Source: Basidiobolus meristosporus CBS 931.73 (taxonomy: Eukaryota > Fungi > Basidiobolomycota). Taken from it: DNA of 64,000 nt. Positions within the stretch are counted from its first letter, which is position 1. Each line of letters begins with the position of its first letter. The DNA is taken from assembly GCA_002104905.1 (NCBI GenBank), contig MCFE01000405.1, positions 1-64,000 of the forward strand. The letters run 5' to 3'. Positions 22,998 through 35,697 of the stretch are shown piece after piece. A program made the position numbers and the translations under genes. The notes under the pieces are model-generated. The model saw only the letters and a list, made by a program, of their open reading frames with translations. It was not told the DNA's origin and made no database searches.

Positions 22998-25900
22998 TGT
23001 TGAAATCTAAAGGGGATACTGGAAGCAAATTGGAGAATCAGAAGATTGGTATGATATTTACTTGTTATTGTTGTAAGAGTCTTGGAGATATTGGAAGTGA
23101 TTGAAAGGACAAGTAGATTATGGGGTATTCACTTAAAAATTTATTGAATGTAAAAGTAGTATCTACACTTTTACATGGTCTTGGCATTACAAACACGTAG
23201 AATAGACTAAGGAAGGTCCCAAGAACTTGTGTGTAAAGCTTGGGGCTGTTTGGACAACTTTGAGAATTCTCATGTTCTGTGTACCTGGTATTTTGGTGAA
23301 AATATTCTAAGTAAATCCCAACAAGGAATCTGGTCAGTATTCTCTAGGATTCAAAGGTTATGATCTAAGTGACCAAGTTAGGTAATTATTTAGGTGGAAT
23401 TCCAAATTTTTACAATACCCTCACTCAGCTAAATGCTCATACTGACTAGTCCTAATTTTGTCCTAACATATTCAAACTTGTCTTGAGCTAATGGTTTGGT
23501 AAATATAGCTGCAATCATTTCAACAGTAGGACAGTAAACTAAGCTAACCAAGTTATTCTCTGTAGCTTCATGTATGAAATGATGTCTAATATCTATGTGC
23601 TTGGTTCTAGCATGAAAAGTTGGATTTCTACCTAGTTGTATACATGCTTGATTATTGTGAAATAAAGTAATAGGCATTTTTTGACATAGGCCTCAATCTG
23701 TAAAAAGCTTTCTTAGCCACATTGCTTCTTTTGTAGCTTTACAGGCTGCCATGTACTCTGCCTCTGTGGTAGAAAGTGCTGTGGTTGGTTACTTTCTTGA
23801 ATTCCATGATATTACTCCTTTACAGTAAAGAAAGGTGTATCCTGTGGTTGGTCTTCTGTGTTACAAATTTTGTCCCCAATCTGCATCACAGTATCCCACA
23901 AGATTCTCTTTTGAATCTTGATAAGTGTATCTTAAGCATATATCAGCAGTTCCTTTAAGATATCTAAAAATCTGCTTAACTGCTGCAATATGATCAGATT
24001 CATAGTTCTGATTATGCTGGCTGAAAACTCCCACTGAATGTGAGATATCTGGACATGTTCCAAGTATGAAATACATCAAACTGTCAACCATTGACTAATT
24101 AGGCAAGTCAGGGCTTTAAGATGGCACCAAGCTCTCTTGATTTGGTTGAGTTTTGACCAAGTTAAGGTTTGTCTCCCTTGGGATAGCTGCTGATTTACAG
24201 TCTTCCATTTGGTACTTCTTTAGTATATCTTGAATATACTTGGATTGGGCTAGGGTCATAGTCTGGGTACTTCTGTCTATTGAGAACTCAATCCCTAAGT
24301 AGTAACCAAGTCTTCTTAGATTGAACATCTTGAACTTTTTAGATAGGCTGTATTTATTCTCTTCCAGTGTTGCTAGGTTATTGGCAGCAATAATAAGATC
24401 ATCCACATATAGAGCTAATAGAACTGGATTTGCTCTATCTGGCTTTTAGTATATACTATAGTCAGCATTTTTCCTTTTGAAACTCAAAGATTCCAAACAA
24501 GAATATATCTTGCAATCCCAGGCTCTCAGTGATTGTTTGAGACCATATAGTGACTTTTTAAGCTTGCACACCAAATGGGGGTAATCAAGGTCAGCAAGCC
24601 CATCTGGCTGGTCCATATACATGGCCTCATCAGGTTCTGCATTCAAATATGCAGCTTTTACATTCATTTGATGAATAAAAGACTTGCATTTGGCTGCAAT
24701 AGCCAATATTAATCTGATGGAATAAAACTTGACTACTGTTGCAAAGGTCTCAGTATAGTCAAGTCCTCTTGTTTGAGAGTATCCTTTGGCCACAAGTCTT
24801 GCTTTGTATCTTTCAGTTCTGCCATCAACCTTGTATTTTGTCTTGAAGACTGATCTGCATCCAATTGATTTTTAGTTAATTGGTAATTTGACTAAGTCCC
24901 AAGTTTGATTTTCCATCAGGGCCTGATATTCCTCAGTCATTGCAAATCTCCAAAACTTTGTCTGAGGGCACTTTAGGGCCTCTTTTACAGTCTGGGGTTC
25001 ATCAATATGGACTGAATAGGCATAGGCTAAGTTTGTACACTCATTGATATAGTAATTTGGGCTAATTTATGTCCAATTGGATCTCCTTGCAATTGATACT
25101 GAAATGACCACTTCTGGGATATTCCTAGGCACTGATTCTGCCTAAAACATGATTGTAGAGTCCTCTGGAGTGAACAAATTATCATTGTTTTGCTCTGATC
25201 CAAACCTCACCATTGGTGGACTTAGGATCAGACTTTTGTCATCATCTGATATCAATTCTTGTGAACACTTTGACTTTTCATCAAACAGCACATCCCTGGA
25301 CTTGATTAACTCCTTTTCTTTGGTATTGCAGAGTTTGTATGCTTTACACTCACTGCAGTAACCCAAGATATGTATTTTACACTTTTTGGTTCAAATTATG
25401 ACTGATTTTGGGGCGGTTTCTTGGCATATGCAGTACACCCAGATATTCTTAGATGTTTTGCACCTGGTCTGTTTCCATACCATGCTTCAAATGGAGTAGA
25501 ACCACAAAGTATTCCGTTATAACTCCTATTTTTAAGGTATACAGCAGTGGCAACTGAATCTGCCAAAAAATCATAGGATCATTTTTGATCATGGATCATA
25601 GATCTTGCCATATCCATTATTGATCTGTTAGCATGTTCTGCTACTCCATATTGCTGTGGGGAATATGGTACAGTAGTCTCTTGCTTTATCCCATGATTTT
25701 TGCAGAAGTGGATGCAGAGTTTTGAGGTATACTCTCCACCATTGTCAGAGTGTATTTTTGTGATCCTTTGACCAGTTTCTCTCTCCACCATGGCTTTGAG
25801 CTCCCTGAGCTTAGACAGTACTTTTTCCTTTCTCTTCATGAAGTAGACCCATGTGTATCTTGTATAATCATTAATAAAAGTGATTAAATACTTCATCTTG

Positions 25901-27703
25901 CCTAAGGATAAATTTTGCATAGGTTCATACAGATCTGAGTGAATTAAATCTATTTTTTTCTTAGCTTTGTTTGACCCAGAGCACTTGAGTGGCTCTTTGA
26001 CTTGTTCCCCATTTATGCAGGCTTCACAGTGCTCCCAATCAGTTGGGGGATCATTTTTTACTCCAGATATTAGCTGATCTTTGATTATTTTGTGCAAATA
26101 ATCAAAATTGATGTGCCCAAATCTCCTGTGCCAAAGCATTTGTGTTTCTTCATTTAAGTTACTTATATTGGCTTCCTTATATGATTGAATATAAGTCAGC
26201 TTGTATAGACTCTAATCTCTGATACCCAACTCAATATGGGCACCATTTTAATCAGTGATCTTGCATCCAGAATTGTCAAAGCTGAAACTGAGTCCTTCTT
26301 AAGTAACCTTGCTTACCAATAGTAGATTCTTGGCAATTTCTGGTACACAGAGTACTTCTTTAAAGGTCAGTTAATGGCTTTCTTCACTGCTTCAAAGGTT
26401 TACTTGGGTATTTCCTTCTCCCACTGCATCAAGTGTTCTATTGTCACTCATGCAAACCTTCTTATTTGGAATTTCTTGATATAGGGTAAAAAGTTCTTTT
26501 TGGTGTGTAAAGTGTTGAGATGCTCCAGAGTTAATGTACCATGTCTAATAAAAGGCCCTGAAGCTTGTCTGTCAGGCTATTCAGGATGGTAACTATTGCA
26601 TCCTCATCAGTAGTTGGTACACCCACAGATTCTATTTCATCTACCAGCAAAGTTATACTGTTAATTAGATATTTCATTTCTTCTCCTGCCTGCATTGTTA
26701 AAGTAAAAAATTTTTGTTGCAAATACATTTTATTAGTAGCTGAACATGACTGATAGGTGTCTTCTAATACCTTCCAGGCATACTTTGCTGTTTTTGCTCT
26801 TGAGCATGGAATTAGCAATTAGTCTCTAACATCAAGGCAAATGCAGTTAAAGGCACTTTGTTCTTTCTTCTGGTACTTTAAGACTTCTTCTACCACATTT
26901 TTAGGAGCACATTCTTCACCCATGACAATATCCCAGAGGCCTCTTTCTTGTAGCATCATCTTCATCTTCACATTCCACACTTGGTAGTTAGACCCATCAA
27001 CTTTTCAGCAGAGGGAAGAATTCCAGTAATAGCAGTAGTAGACATTGCAGAGAGTGACAGTGTGAAGCTCATAACCTGTTGTAAGAGTCTTGGAGATATT
27101 GGAAGTGATTGGAAGGACAAGTAGACTATGTTGTTTTTACTTAATGATTTATTGAATGTAAAAGTAGTATTTATACTTTTACATGGTCTTTGCATTGCAA
27201 ACACTTAGATTAGATGAAGGAAGGTCCCAAGAATATGTGTGCACAGTTTGGGGCTGTTTGCACAACTTTGAGAATTATCATGTTCTGGGTACCTGGTATT
27301 TTGGTCAAAATATTCTCAGTAACTCCCAACAAGGAATTTGGTCAGTATTTTCTAGGACTTGAAGGTAATGATCTAAGAGACTAGGTTAGGTGAATATTTA
27401 GGTGGAATTTCAAATTTTTACAACAATTATTTGATTGTGTTGCAACACAGTAAATATACTTATTGCAGAGCAATATAAAAGTAAATATATGATCATTAAT
27501 AGGGGTGTCTCAGGATTACATGTACCAAGCTTCAGCACCTTTAAGCAAGTTTTAGACTCTCATCACTATCTTGTACTTATTACTGATTGTATGCAAATAC
27601 CTTACTAACCAAATTCTAAGTTAAAACTCTGTAAAGTATTTATGTCAACTAAGTGTTAGCACATCAAATATGAATAATTAGATGGACCCTGATAATTTTA
27701 ACA
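22998..27703. mobile_element. Family-D LTR split by the A2 insertion (22998-23068 and 27426-27703)
   Basis: The rejoined flanks align with the solo LTR at 49222-49570. No TSD of its own recognised. Confidence 0.7.
23069..27425 (-). mobile_element. Ty1/copia LTR retrotransposon A2, degenerate
   Basis: LTRs 23069-23417 and 27077-27425; TSD gttat/attat; PBS GGTTATGAGC at 27067-27076. YVDD retained (~24400); ~325-bp deletion of the gag C-terminus; many stops. Confidence 0.95.
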
Positions 27704-27995
27704 CTCCTGCTCACATTATATTATCCTGTACTGTGAGCTTATTGTGGTGATGTGTATCTTTCAGTGGGATTTAAACCCACAATTAGCCATGTAACTAACT
27801 GGACTAGTGTATTCTCCAATATATGTCAAGACCTCTGAATAATCTGCACTAACTAAGTAGCAGCTTATACTATTAATTATATACTTCAGATCAAGTTACT
27901 TTGAGTCATAGTTGTGATCCTGTTATAGTGTATCTATGATTGAGTACTGTACATTTAATTGTTTTAACACCTTTCAAATGCTTATCAAACTCTGG

Positions 27996-29073
27996 TGTAG
28001 TGGGGTCACAGTGACACCCACAGGCAGATGTGCTCATTCCCATATGTTCACTTCCCTAAAAAAGATTAACCCCCCTATATTAGTATCATCCCAAATTGCA
28101 ATATTCTCTATCTGTATATGTGATTATTACTATGTGACCTGGCAAACTATTTGTCACTATTAGCTCATTGCACAAGCTATTCCTATTCCATGCCAAGACA
28201 CCAAGATAAGATAGTTACCATATAAGACAAGTACCCCCAACAGTGCCCATGTCATGTAACCATCCTGGTTTCATAACCCTCCTATCCTACTACCATAAGA
28301 AGTAACTACATGACACAGAGGTTCCATATTACCACTATCTTATTGACTAGGTGCTACTTTGTCTCATGGAACAATTTGCCAAGAACTTGCGCTATTTTTA
28401 GTACACAATGACATGATTGGCTGTCTACTACCTTCTGGAAACTTCTGGAAAGTATTTTCTAGCAAGAATTTGAGCAGCAAAAATGTATATAAGAGAGGCC
28501 ATTCCTTAAAATAAATCATCCCTCTTCCAATATTCCAACTTATTGATTAGTGAGATCACTGCTGCCTATTACCATTACTTTCTGACTCAGACCTGACAAT
28601 ACTCCCAGGAAACCATGCTGACAGCCAACTGACCTTGGAGGCACTACTTGGAAGGAATACTCAGAGTAGGTATATTTTATTATATTTGATTGTTTTCCCA
28701 AGTTTGTTTTTGTACAGGCAAAGATACTTTTCAGTCTTTGTCACTATTGGTCAAAGCTGCACTCTTATCAAGTCCCTGTTGGTGGAGTCTACAGTTGTTT
28801 TGACTTTGGAAGCTTTAGTACACTGTCATCTCAAAGGACATTGAAGCCAGTATAAACTTTTGTTAAGATGCCAACTAAGTTGGGGATTGTAGCTCAATAG
28901 TTTTCCCTTGACAAGCTTGAGGCTTTATCCCCCTTCACATTAGATTAGACAAAAGACCCAGTATTCCTAGCAAGCTTTTGCCAGAGGTTATTGCACCCAG
29001 TGAACACCCCACACACATTAACACCTGAGAAGTGTTGGCCATATTTTGCCCTTTGGACTTATACACCACCACA
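27996..29073 (+). mobile_element. Diverged solo gypsy C-like LTR (~1.08 kb)
   Basis: TGTAGTGGGGTCACAGTGACACCCAC...ACACCACCACA, collinear with the C1 LTRs. Flanks ctgg/ccag. Confidence 0.88.
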
Positions 29074-29899
29074 CCAGCATACTGCCTATAACTAAGTAGC
29101 TTCACTTTCTGGCTTTCTACTGCATTTTATAAATGCAAGATTGGCTATTATTGGCAAAGTCATGGAGTTGGCTTCTCTCCAGTAGATCTGAATCAACCAC
29201 AGTTCCAGTGCAAGGCCTATTTCCCTTGATGTGTTCCCTCCATATGCATAACTCAGTCTGGGAAATACCTTTTGCTATTTACTTCATATGTGATCTGCAG
29301 AGACTTATAACTGGTGAGCACTGTTGTTTTCCTACTCTTCACTATTTGACCTTAAGTTTTCTAATACCAAGTAGTGCTTACAACGGCACTTAGACTAGGT
29401 TGTCCTGTTGCTTTAACTGGAAAAACATACTCTCACTGAAGCTATGCTGCTGGGAACCCCTGTCCTCTAAAAACTACCCCTATGTAAAGTAGTTTGGTCC
29501 CATGGGTGGATCCAATCCAGATCAGCCATCACAATCCCATTTAGAGACCATAATAATACCAGCAGCTTGGAATTAGTGACCCTCCTAAATATCTTATGAT
29601 GGTATCCTGATGGTGTCTTGCTAATTTTACAACCAGATGAAGCAATAAAACTTGACAATATTTTATTGGTGCTGTGATGATATTTGCATAGTATTGTTGT
29701 GGTCTTTTAGCACTCTATGCCTATTTTAAGTGGATCCAGTTGGCCAGGACATCCAATTGCCTTATATGGCAAGAAACATGATGGTATTTTGACAGCCTCA
29801 CAGCAAGACTCTGATGGCATTATATTGGCAGTATGACAGCCTACTGCTGGTTCTTTATGATGCTACCTTACCAATTTACCAAATGGTATTTCCATTTTT

Positions 29900-32460
29900 C
29901 TACCTCCCCTTGTGCAATTCATATATTCCACTGTAGAATCACCCCTCTTTATTTGCTTACCCACTACTGCCTTGGGTATTCCACATATAGTTTGAATCAA
30001 AAAAGACTATTGCCTCCTCCTTACTCACCTCTACAAATGTGCAAACCTGAGCAATTGACATACTTTCATCAACTCAACTTTACGGCTTTTTAGTGTGATA
30101 CTTGCAAAGTTGCCATAAACCTTGTACTGCTGGTAATAGATACATCTTGCAACCATATGCTTGGTTGTTGCCACTTCTGCTATAAATATTTCCTGAATAC
30201 CTGCAAAAACCTCTCAGTATTTAGCCAATATATGCCTTCTCTCTGCTGGATTCTAGTCCCCCTTATAGGTGTGCTCTGGCATTTGTTTGTGTTAATTCCA
30301 TATTGAATGGTGTAGATGTTGGCTTGTGACCATGAGAAATATGGCATATCTTGCTAAAGTTTTCCTGATAAAAACTAGTTGCTTGTTGCACCCAACCCAA
30401 CTTAGCATTACTAAATTGATACCCACACATTGAGGCTGCTCAGCTTTGTAGTGCAGTAGGCATTGGTGTCTCTGTGTGCACATCTGTCCTCAGTATTTTC
30501 CTGCTCTTTCTGGCTGTCCCCCATGTTTGAACTCATCAAATCCATGACAGGCCTGAAGGTAATATTCTTCATAAGATTGGGCTATGGTAGTACCTGCAAA
30601 TGGACTTGTCCTTTTATCTCCTCACATATCTGCTCCATAGGAAACTCCCAAAAGGTGAAGCAAGGCCCAATATTCTTCACACACTGTGCAAGATGCAGTA
30701 GAGAATGGATACAGTAGCAGCAGCAATCTACATGTTCAGCTTTATGTTTGCAATATAGCAGCTCAAATCCTGTCACAAACTCCTCATACAACAGCAGTAG
30801 ATGAATCAAGTTGGCATTTGTGATCCGCTTCTGGATAAATATTCCTACAATGTCCACATATAACTCCCAGTGCTTCCAATTTACTCTTGGTAGGAATGGC
30901 TTCAGAGCACCACTTGAATAAATACATATCAAGTTCATCCAGTCATTGCATTTGTATTGTTGAATATGAGTATGACTATTAATTGGAGCCCATGAGAAGT
31001 ACTTAGAGTAGCAGATACTCTGTAATATCTTGCTAATTCTTTCAAACTTCTCCGGTACCTTAAAGGGCTCATTTAGCTTGAAATGCCCCATGTACAACTT
31101 GGTCATCAGAATAGGCATATTGTTGAAAAGCAAATGCATTGCTCCCAGTGAAAGCTTTTGCTCCAACAGATACCCTTTATCTTAAGTATATCCGGTTTCC
31201 AATTGATTCCATATTCTGGCCAATGGCTTATATGTTGCCAACTTTGCTGCAATTGCATGCTGACTGCTGTACATTCTCTTTGTGGAATGATGGTGCTCTT
31301 AGTGCTGGTGTTTGGGTCGTAATAATGTGTGTGAGTTATGGAGTAAATCCCCTGGATCTCACACATTTGGCAGCAAAACCATCCATTGTACCCAAAAAAA
31401 CCTGCTATCTTGCTGTTGGCTGGGGTACCTCCAATGCAGATAATAATATGTGCCTTTACATGACAGCCAGTTACTGTTATCCTGCTGGAAAGCATGCAAA
31501 ATTCATCCAGCAATGGATACAGGTAGCTCTCCCAGTTGGACAGTAATTTAGGCCCATATACCAGTAAGACTACCATAAGATTATTACTCTGATGCTGTAA
31601 GATGGGCGGCAGATTCAGATTGATGAGAATCAGTGGCTAGCAGGATCTGCTGGTAGAGTGCTTGCTTAGCAAGAATCCATCAAGTGATAAAGCAAAGGCA
31701 TGGTCATACATACCTTTAAGGTAGCCCTTACTTCTTGGCTATTAGCCATGTTTGCCATCAAATATATTGGATATGTTTGTGCTTGATTGATACTGAGTGC
31801 AGTACTGCATAGCTCTGCAATATTTGCTGGACTGCATCAGCTGCTTCAGACAGGGTAGATTGTGCACTTGTACCATGTACATGGCAAGTTGCATCCTGGT
31901 ATGACTTTGACAAGAAGTAGTAATATATCCTCAAAGCCCCCATTACTGATATTAGTGGAAATGGGCCACTTCTCTAGCCACAACATTGCATCATTCACCA
32001 GTAGATGGATTACTGGGCTCACTTGGCTCCATAAAGAATCATTGATATTTTTTCAATGTGTGCTGTCTCATTGCATATAGGAATTTGACCAGGCTCATAC
32101 ATGGAACTGTTGTTAGGGGACATAGGATCAAAATCCCTCAGTGAACCTACTTTGCCAGGGTTTATCACTCTGCATGCCACATTGAGAAGGCTGATGTGAG
32201 CCTAAAGGCACCACAAACTCACCTGACTCAGTTTGCACAAGGTGACAAAGACAGCCTGGTGCCAATATAGAAGTATCAACTGGCTGGCAAGATACTGTTG
32301 GTACAGTAGTGACTGATGAATGGTCAAATATGACCTAGGTGGCAAAACACTGGCCATGATTGTTGTAATACTTCCTATGCTGTCTGCGTGCTTCATGGCT
32401 GAGAGGCTTGCCACAATAGCTACATGGTCTTGTTTCTCATCTCTTATGGCATTGAGTCAA
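29900..32460 (-). pseudogene. Degenerate CACTA/En-Spm (Tnp2-like) transposase
   Basis: Fragments: N-terminal CSYCGKPLS...H, ALSLDGF (~31670-31699), GTPANSKIAGFFGYNGWFCCQMC, HSLLHLAQCVKNIGPCFTFWEFPME. Left boundary approximate; no TIRs found. Confidence 0.8.
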
Positions 32461-32479
32461 AGCAGTCTTGTCCATGGGG

Positions 32480-34486
32480 GAAACAGTTTGACCTTCAATA
32501 ATGTAACGCTATTATATCACTTTTTTGTCAATACCAATGTGAGCTTAAAACAGTCTTGTATTTGAGACATTGCATCTGCATGAATGTAAGATTCAATGAT
32601 GACCCACCATAGTAAGCATTATAAATAAAGTTATGGCACCACATACACATGTATGTGTAACACTATTTTCCCTTTGGTTTGACTCAATTCCATATATATG
32701 CCACCAAAAGATACAGCATAGTTGTCTGGTTCTCAACCAAACCCCACTGCTGATGGCAACAGAGTAATGGTTGGACAACAGCTTGCTTTGACTTGCAGTG
32801 CAACAAGTGGGGCTACATCCAAAAAAGACCCTGTGGGCTGTGTGCCTGCTGAAGGTAATAATGCAAACTCCTCAGGCTCTCAGTCAAGTAGGCTATTGAT
32901 AACCTCTGCAGAGCCACAAGCTGACCATTATGCTTAGGCAGATGAGAAGGCGGCAAATGCTGTACTCTTAGTTGAAGATCAGCAAGTGGCCATGATAACA
33001 TCACCACCACCCATATTAGCAAGTATGTTATCAGCTCATACCAAAGCATTAATGAAGCAATTAGGTGCAGTGGCTGACAGGACAGATGCAATGGCGCAGA
33101 GAAATCAGGAAACAGTCCACAAACAGGATGAGCAGATAATATGTGTAGAGCTATCAATATCCCAGGTAGAGAAAACAGTATCTTTGCTGCAAAGGCAGAA
33201 CTCAAATAGCTCAATGTCACAGCCAAGAATTGAGCCATTTCTCAATGTAACAGCAGAGGAACACCATACAGTCTTGAAAGCACAACAGCAGTCCCAAAAG
33301 ATAAACCCCACAGAAAGAGCTATCACAACATGGGAGAGAGAAAATGTAGTGTTTATACCAAAGTCTAAAAGCTCCCAACAAGCATCAAAGAGATGTTAGG
33401 TAGCTGGAAGAGTGCCAATTAGGGACAAGAAGGTGGACACATATGCACCTGCACAACATTTATCAAGGAAAAAGCGTAGTACCACTCAAGAAGCACCCAG
33501 TCAAAGTAACAGTGAAGGACCTGGCAGTGACAAAAACCAGCTGCCTTACAGGAGCTTGTCATGACTACAGTTGAGAGCTCAAAACAAGCAGCAAACAAAT
33601 GTCAGGTTGCCAGAAGAGTGCTAGCCAGGGACAAGCAGGCTAAGACTGCAGTTCTTGCCAATTAACACCACAAGCCAGGAGCAGACTGAATCCCATCATA
33701 GCCAAGAAGAATTATTATCAAGAAAACAGCTGCTTTCACAAGAGGTGGAAGGCCAGCCAGCTGAGCTACACTGCAGCAAGGTAGATGAGTTTGCTGAAAA
33801 AGGCAATTTGTCTATTACTGAAGCCTTTGAAGAGACTAATCCAGTCCCCTATGAAAAGTTATTGTAATGATCCCATTAAAAGGCCATCACAAGTTTAAAG
33901 TCCTGTGACTAAGAGGTATTGATCCTGCCAGGACACTGTGCAAACACCATCAACTAATAATTACACCCCAGATTTCACAAAAAACTTGGTCAAAGTCTTC
34001 ATCATCGCAATAGAAAGTGGTTTTTGATTGATTCTCTGCCAGTTTTCTCACTTTCTGATCCCAGACACTTTATCACCTCCTACATTTGTGCACATAGATT
34101 GGCTGTTGCCGCTTTTTCACCCTCCTTGCTTCCTGACTCATTTGCTTCTCTTACTTTTCATGCGTATAAATTGATTTATTTCTGTTGAAACTTCAGTTGT
34201 ACTTCAATTGCCAATTGTATTGACCTATACAAGTCCCTATACCCTACACTAACATGAAGCCTAACCCCACATTCAACAAGTAACTCCATTAAAATCCACC
34301 TCTCAATGAGTATATCTGTTGTAACACTCCATTTCCATGACTTTGGGGGAGCCCTACAGCTTCATGCAACTCTTCATTCACTGTGTCCCATACATCCCAG
34401 ACTTTGGCCAGCACTGAAAGGTCTAGCACCTCATCTGCCGGTCTTTGCAATAAATCCTTGCAATATTCCAGTGGGTTTTCTTGCGC
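32480..34486 (+). mobile_element. Remainder of the CACTA-associated repeat with a degenerate, divergently oriented second ORF
   Basis: Paralogous to ~51950-53350, to 41661-41950 (inverted) and to ~63780-64000. ORF remnant 32986-33399 looks coiled-coil-like. Confidence 0.55.
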
Positions 34487-35561
34487 TGTAGTGGGGTGAC
34501 AGTGACACCCACTGACAGATGTGCTCATTCCCTTATTTTCTACTTCCCTATATCTCTACTACACTTATTTTAGTTTTATCCCATTTGTCTTACCCAATCA
34601 GTACTATCCCATAAGCCGGTTGACTATCACACCTGCTTACCTTATTGCATAAGTTACCCCTCACTTTATGTAAGATTACTAGCTATATGTACTTCTATAT
34701 TAGGCAAGTACCCGCACCAGTACCCGTGACACATGATCAGCCCGTGTCACCATCCCTACCATTTCCATACCATATATGGTATCCCCATGTTACACAGGTT
34801 TCAGAATACTGATTCCTGATTGGTTGGATATGCTGTGCCTCTTAGAACCTTCCGGCACCTACTTAGAACATTCTCAGGACATTCTGATGTCATTAAGATT
34901 TCTATTGATATCCGGAACCTTCTGGAACACCATTATTAGTAATCACTTAGCCAGTAAGAAAAGTATATAAGGGAGGCTATCCCTCAACAATAAACCATCA
35001 TCCCTTTTATCAATATACCGACTTGTTGATTAGTGTGATCACTGCTACCTGCTGCTACCTGAACTTCCAACCCCAGACCACAGGACACTCCCAGGAAACC
35101 GTGCTGACAGCCAACTGACCTTGGAGGCACTACTTGTGAGGAATACTCAGAGTAGGTATCTTTTATTATATTTGATTCTTTCCCAAGTTTGTTCTTGTAC
35201 AGGCAAAGATACTTTTCTGTCTTTGTAACTATTGACCACAGCTGCATTCTTATCAAGTCCCTGCTGGTGGAGTTTACAGTTGTTTTGACTTTGGAAACTT
35301 TAGTACATTGTCATCTCAAAGGACACTGAACCCAGCACATACTTTTGTTAAGACGCCAACTAAGTTGGGGATTGTAGCTCAATAGTTTTCCCTTGACAAG
35401 CTTGTGGCTTTATTCCCCTTCACATTAGATTAGAGACAGAACCCAAGTATTCCTAGCAAGCTTTTGCCAGAGGTTATTGCACCCAGTGAACACCCCACAC
35501 ACAAAACACTTGAGAAGTGTTGGACGTATCTCTCCCTTGGACCTATACACCACCACATATT

Positions 35562-35578
35562 TGGCACCCAATGTGGGG
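35562..35578 (+). promoter_or_regulatory. tRNA-Lys(CUU)-type primer binding site of C1
   Basis: TGGCACCCAATGTGGGG equals the known Lys1,2 PBS TGGCGCCCAACGTGGGG with both CpGs deaminated. Confidence 0.8.
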
Positions 35579-35697
35579 GGTTCATACAAGCTCCCTAGGA
35601 CCCAACAAGATTTACCTGAAGATTTGAGCTGTTATCCACCTATTGAAAAGAGACTACCGATATTACCAAGATTACAACACCAACCTACCTGCCCAAC

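Noticed and set aside
29074-34486. CACTA terminal inverted repeats
   Set aside because: No convincing TIR pair or TSD found; the ends are obscured by insertions and decay.
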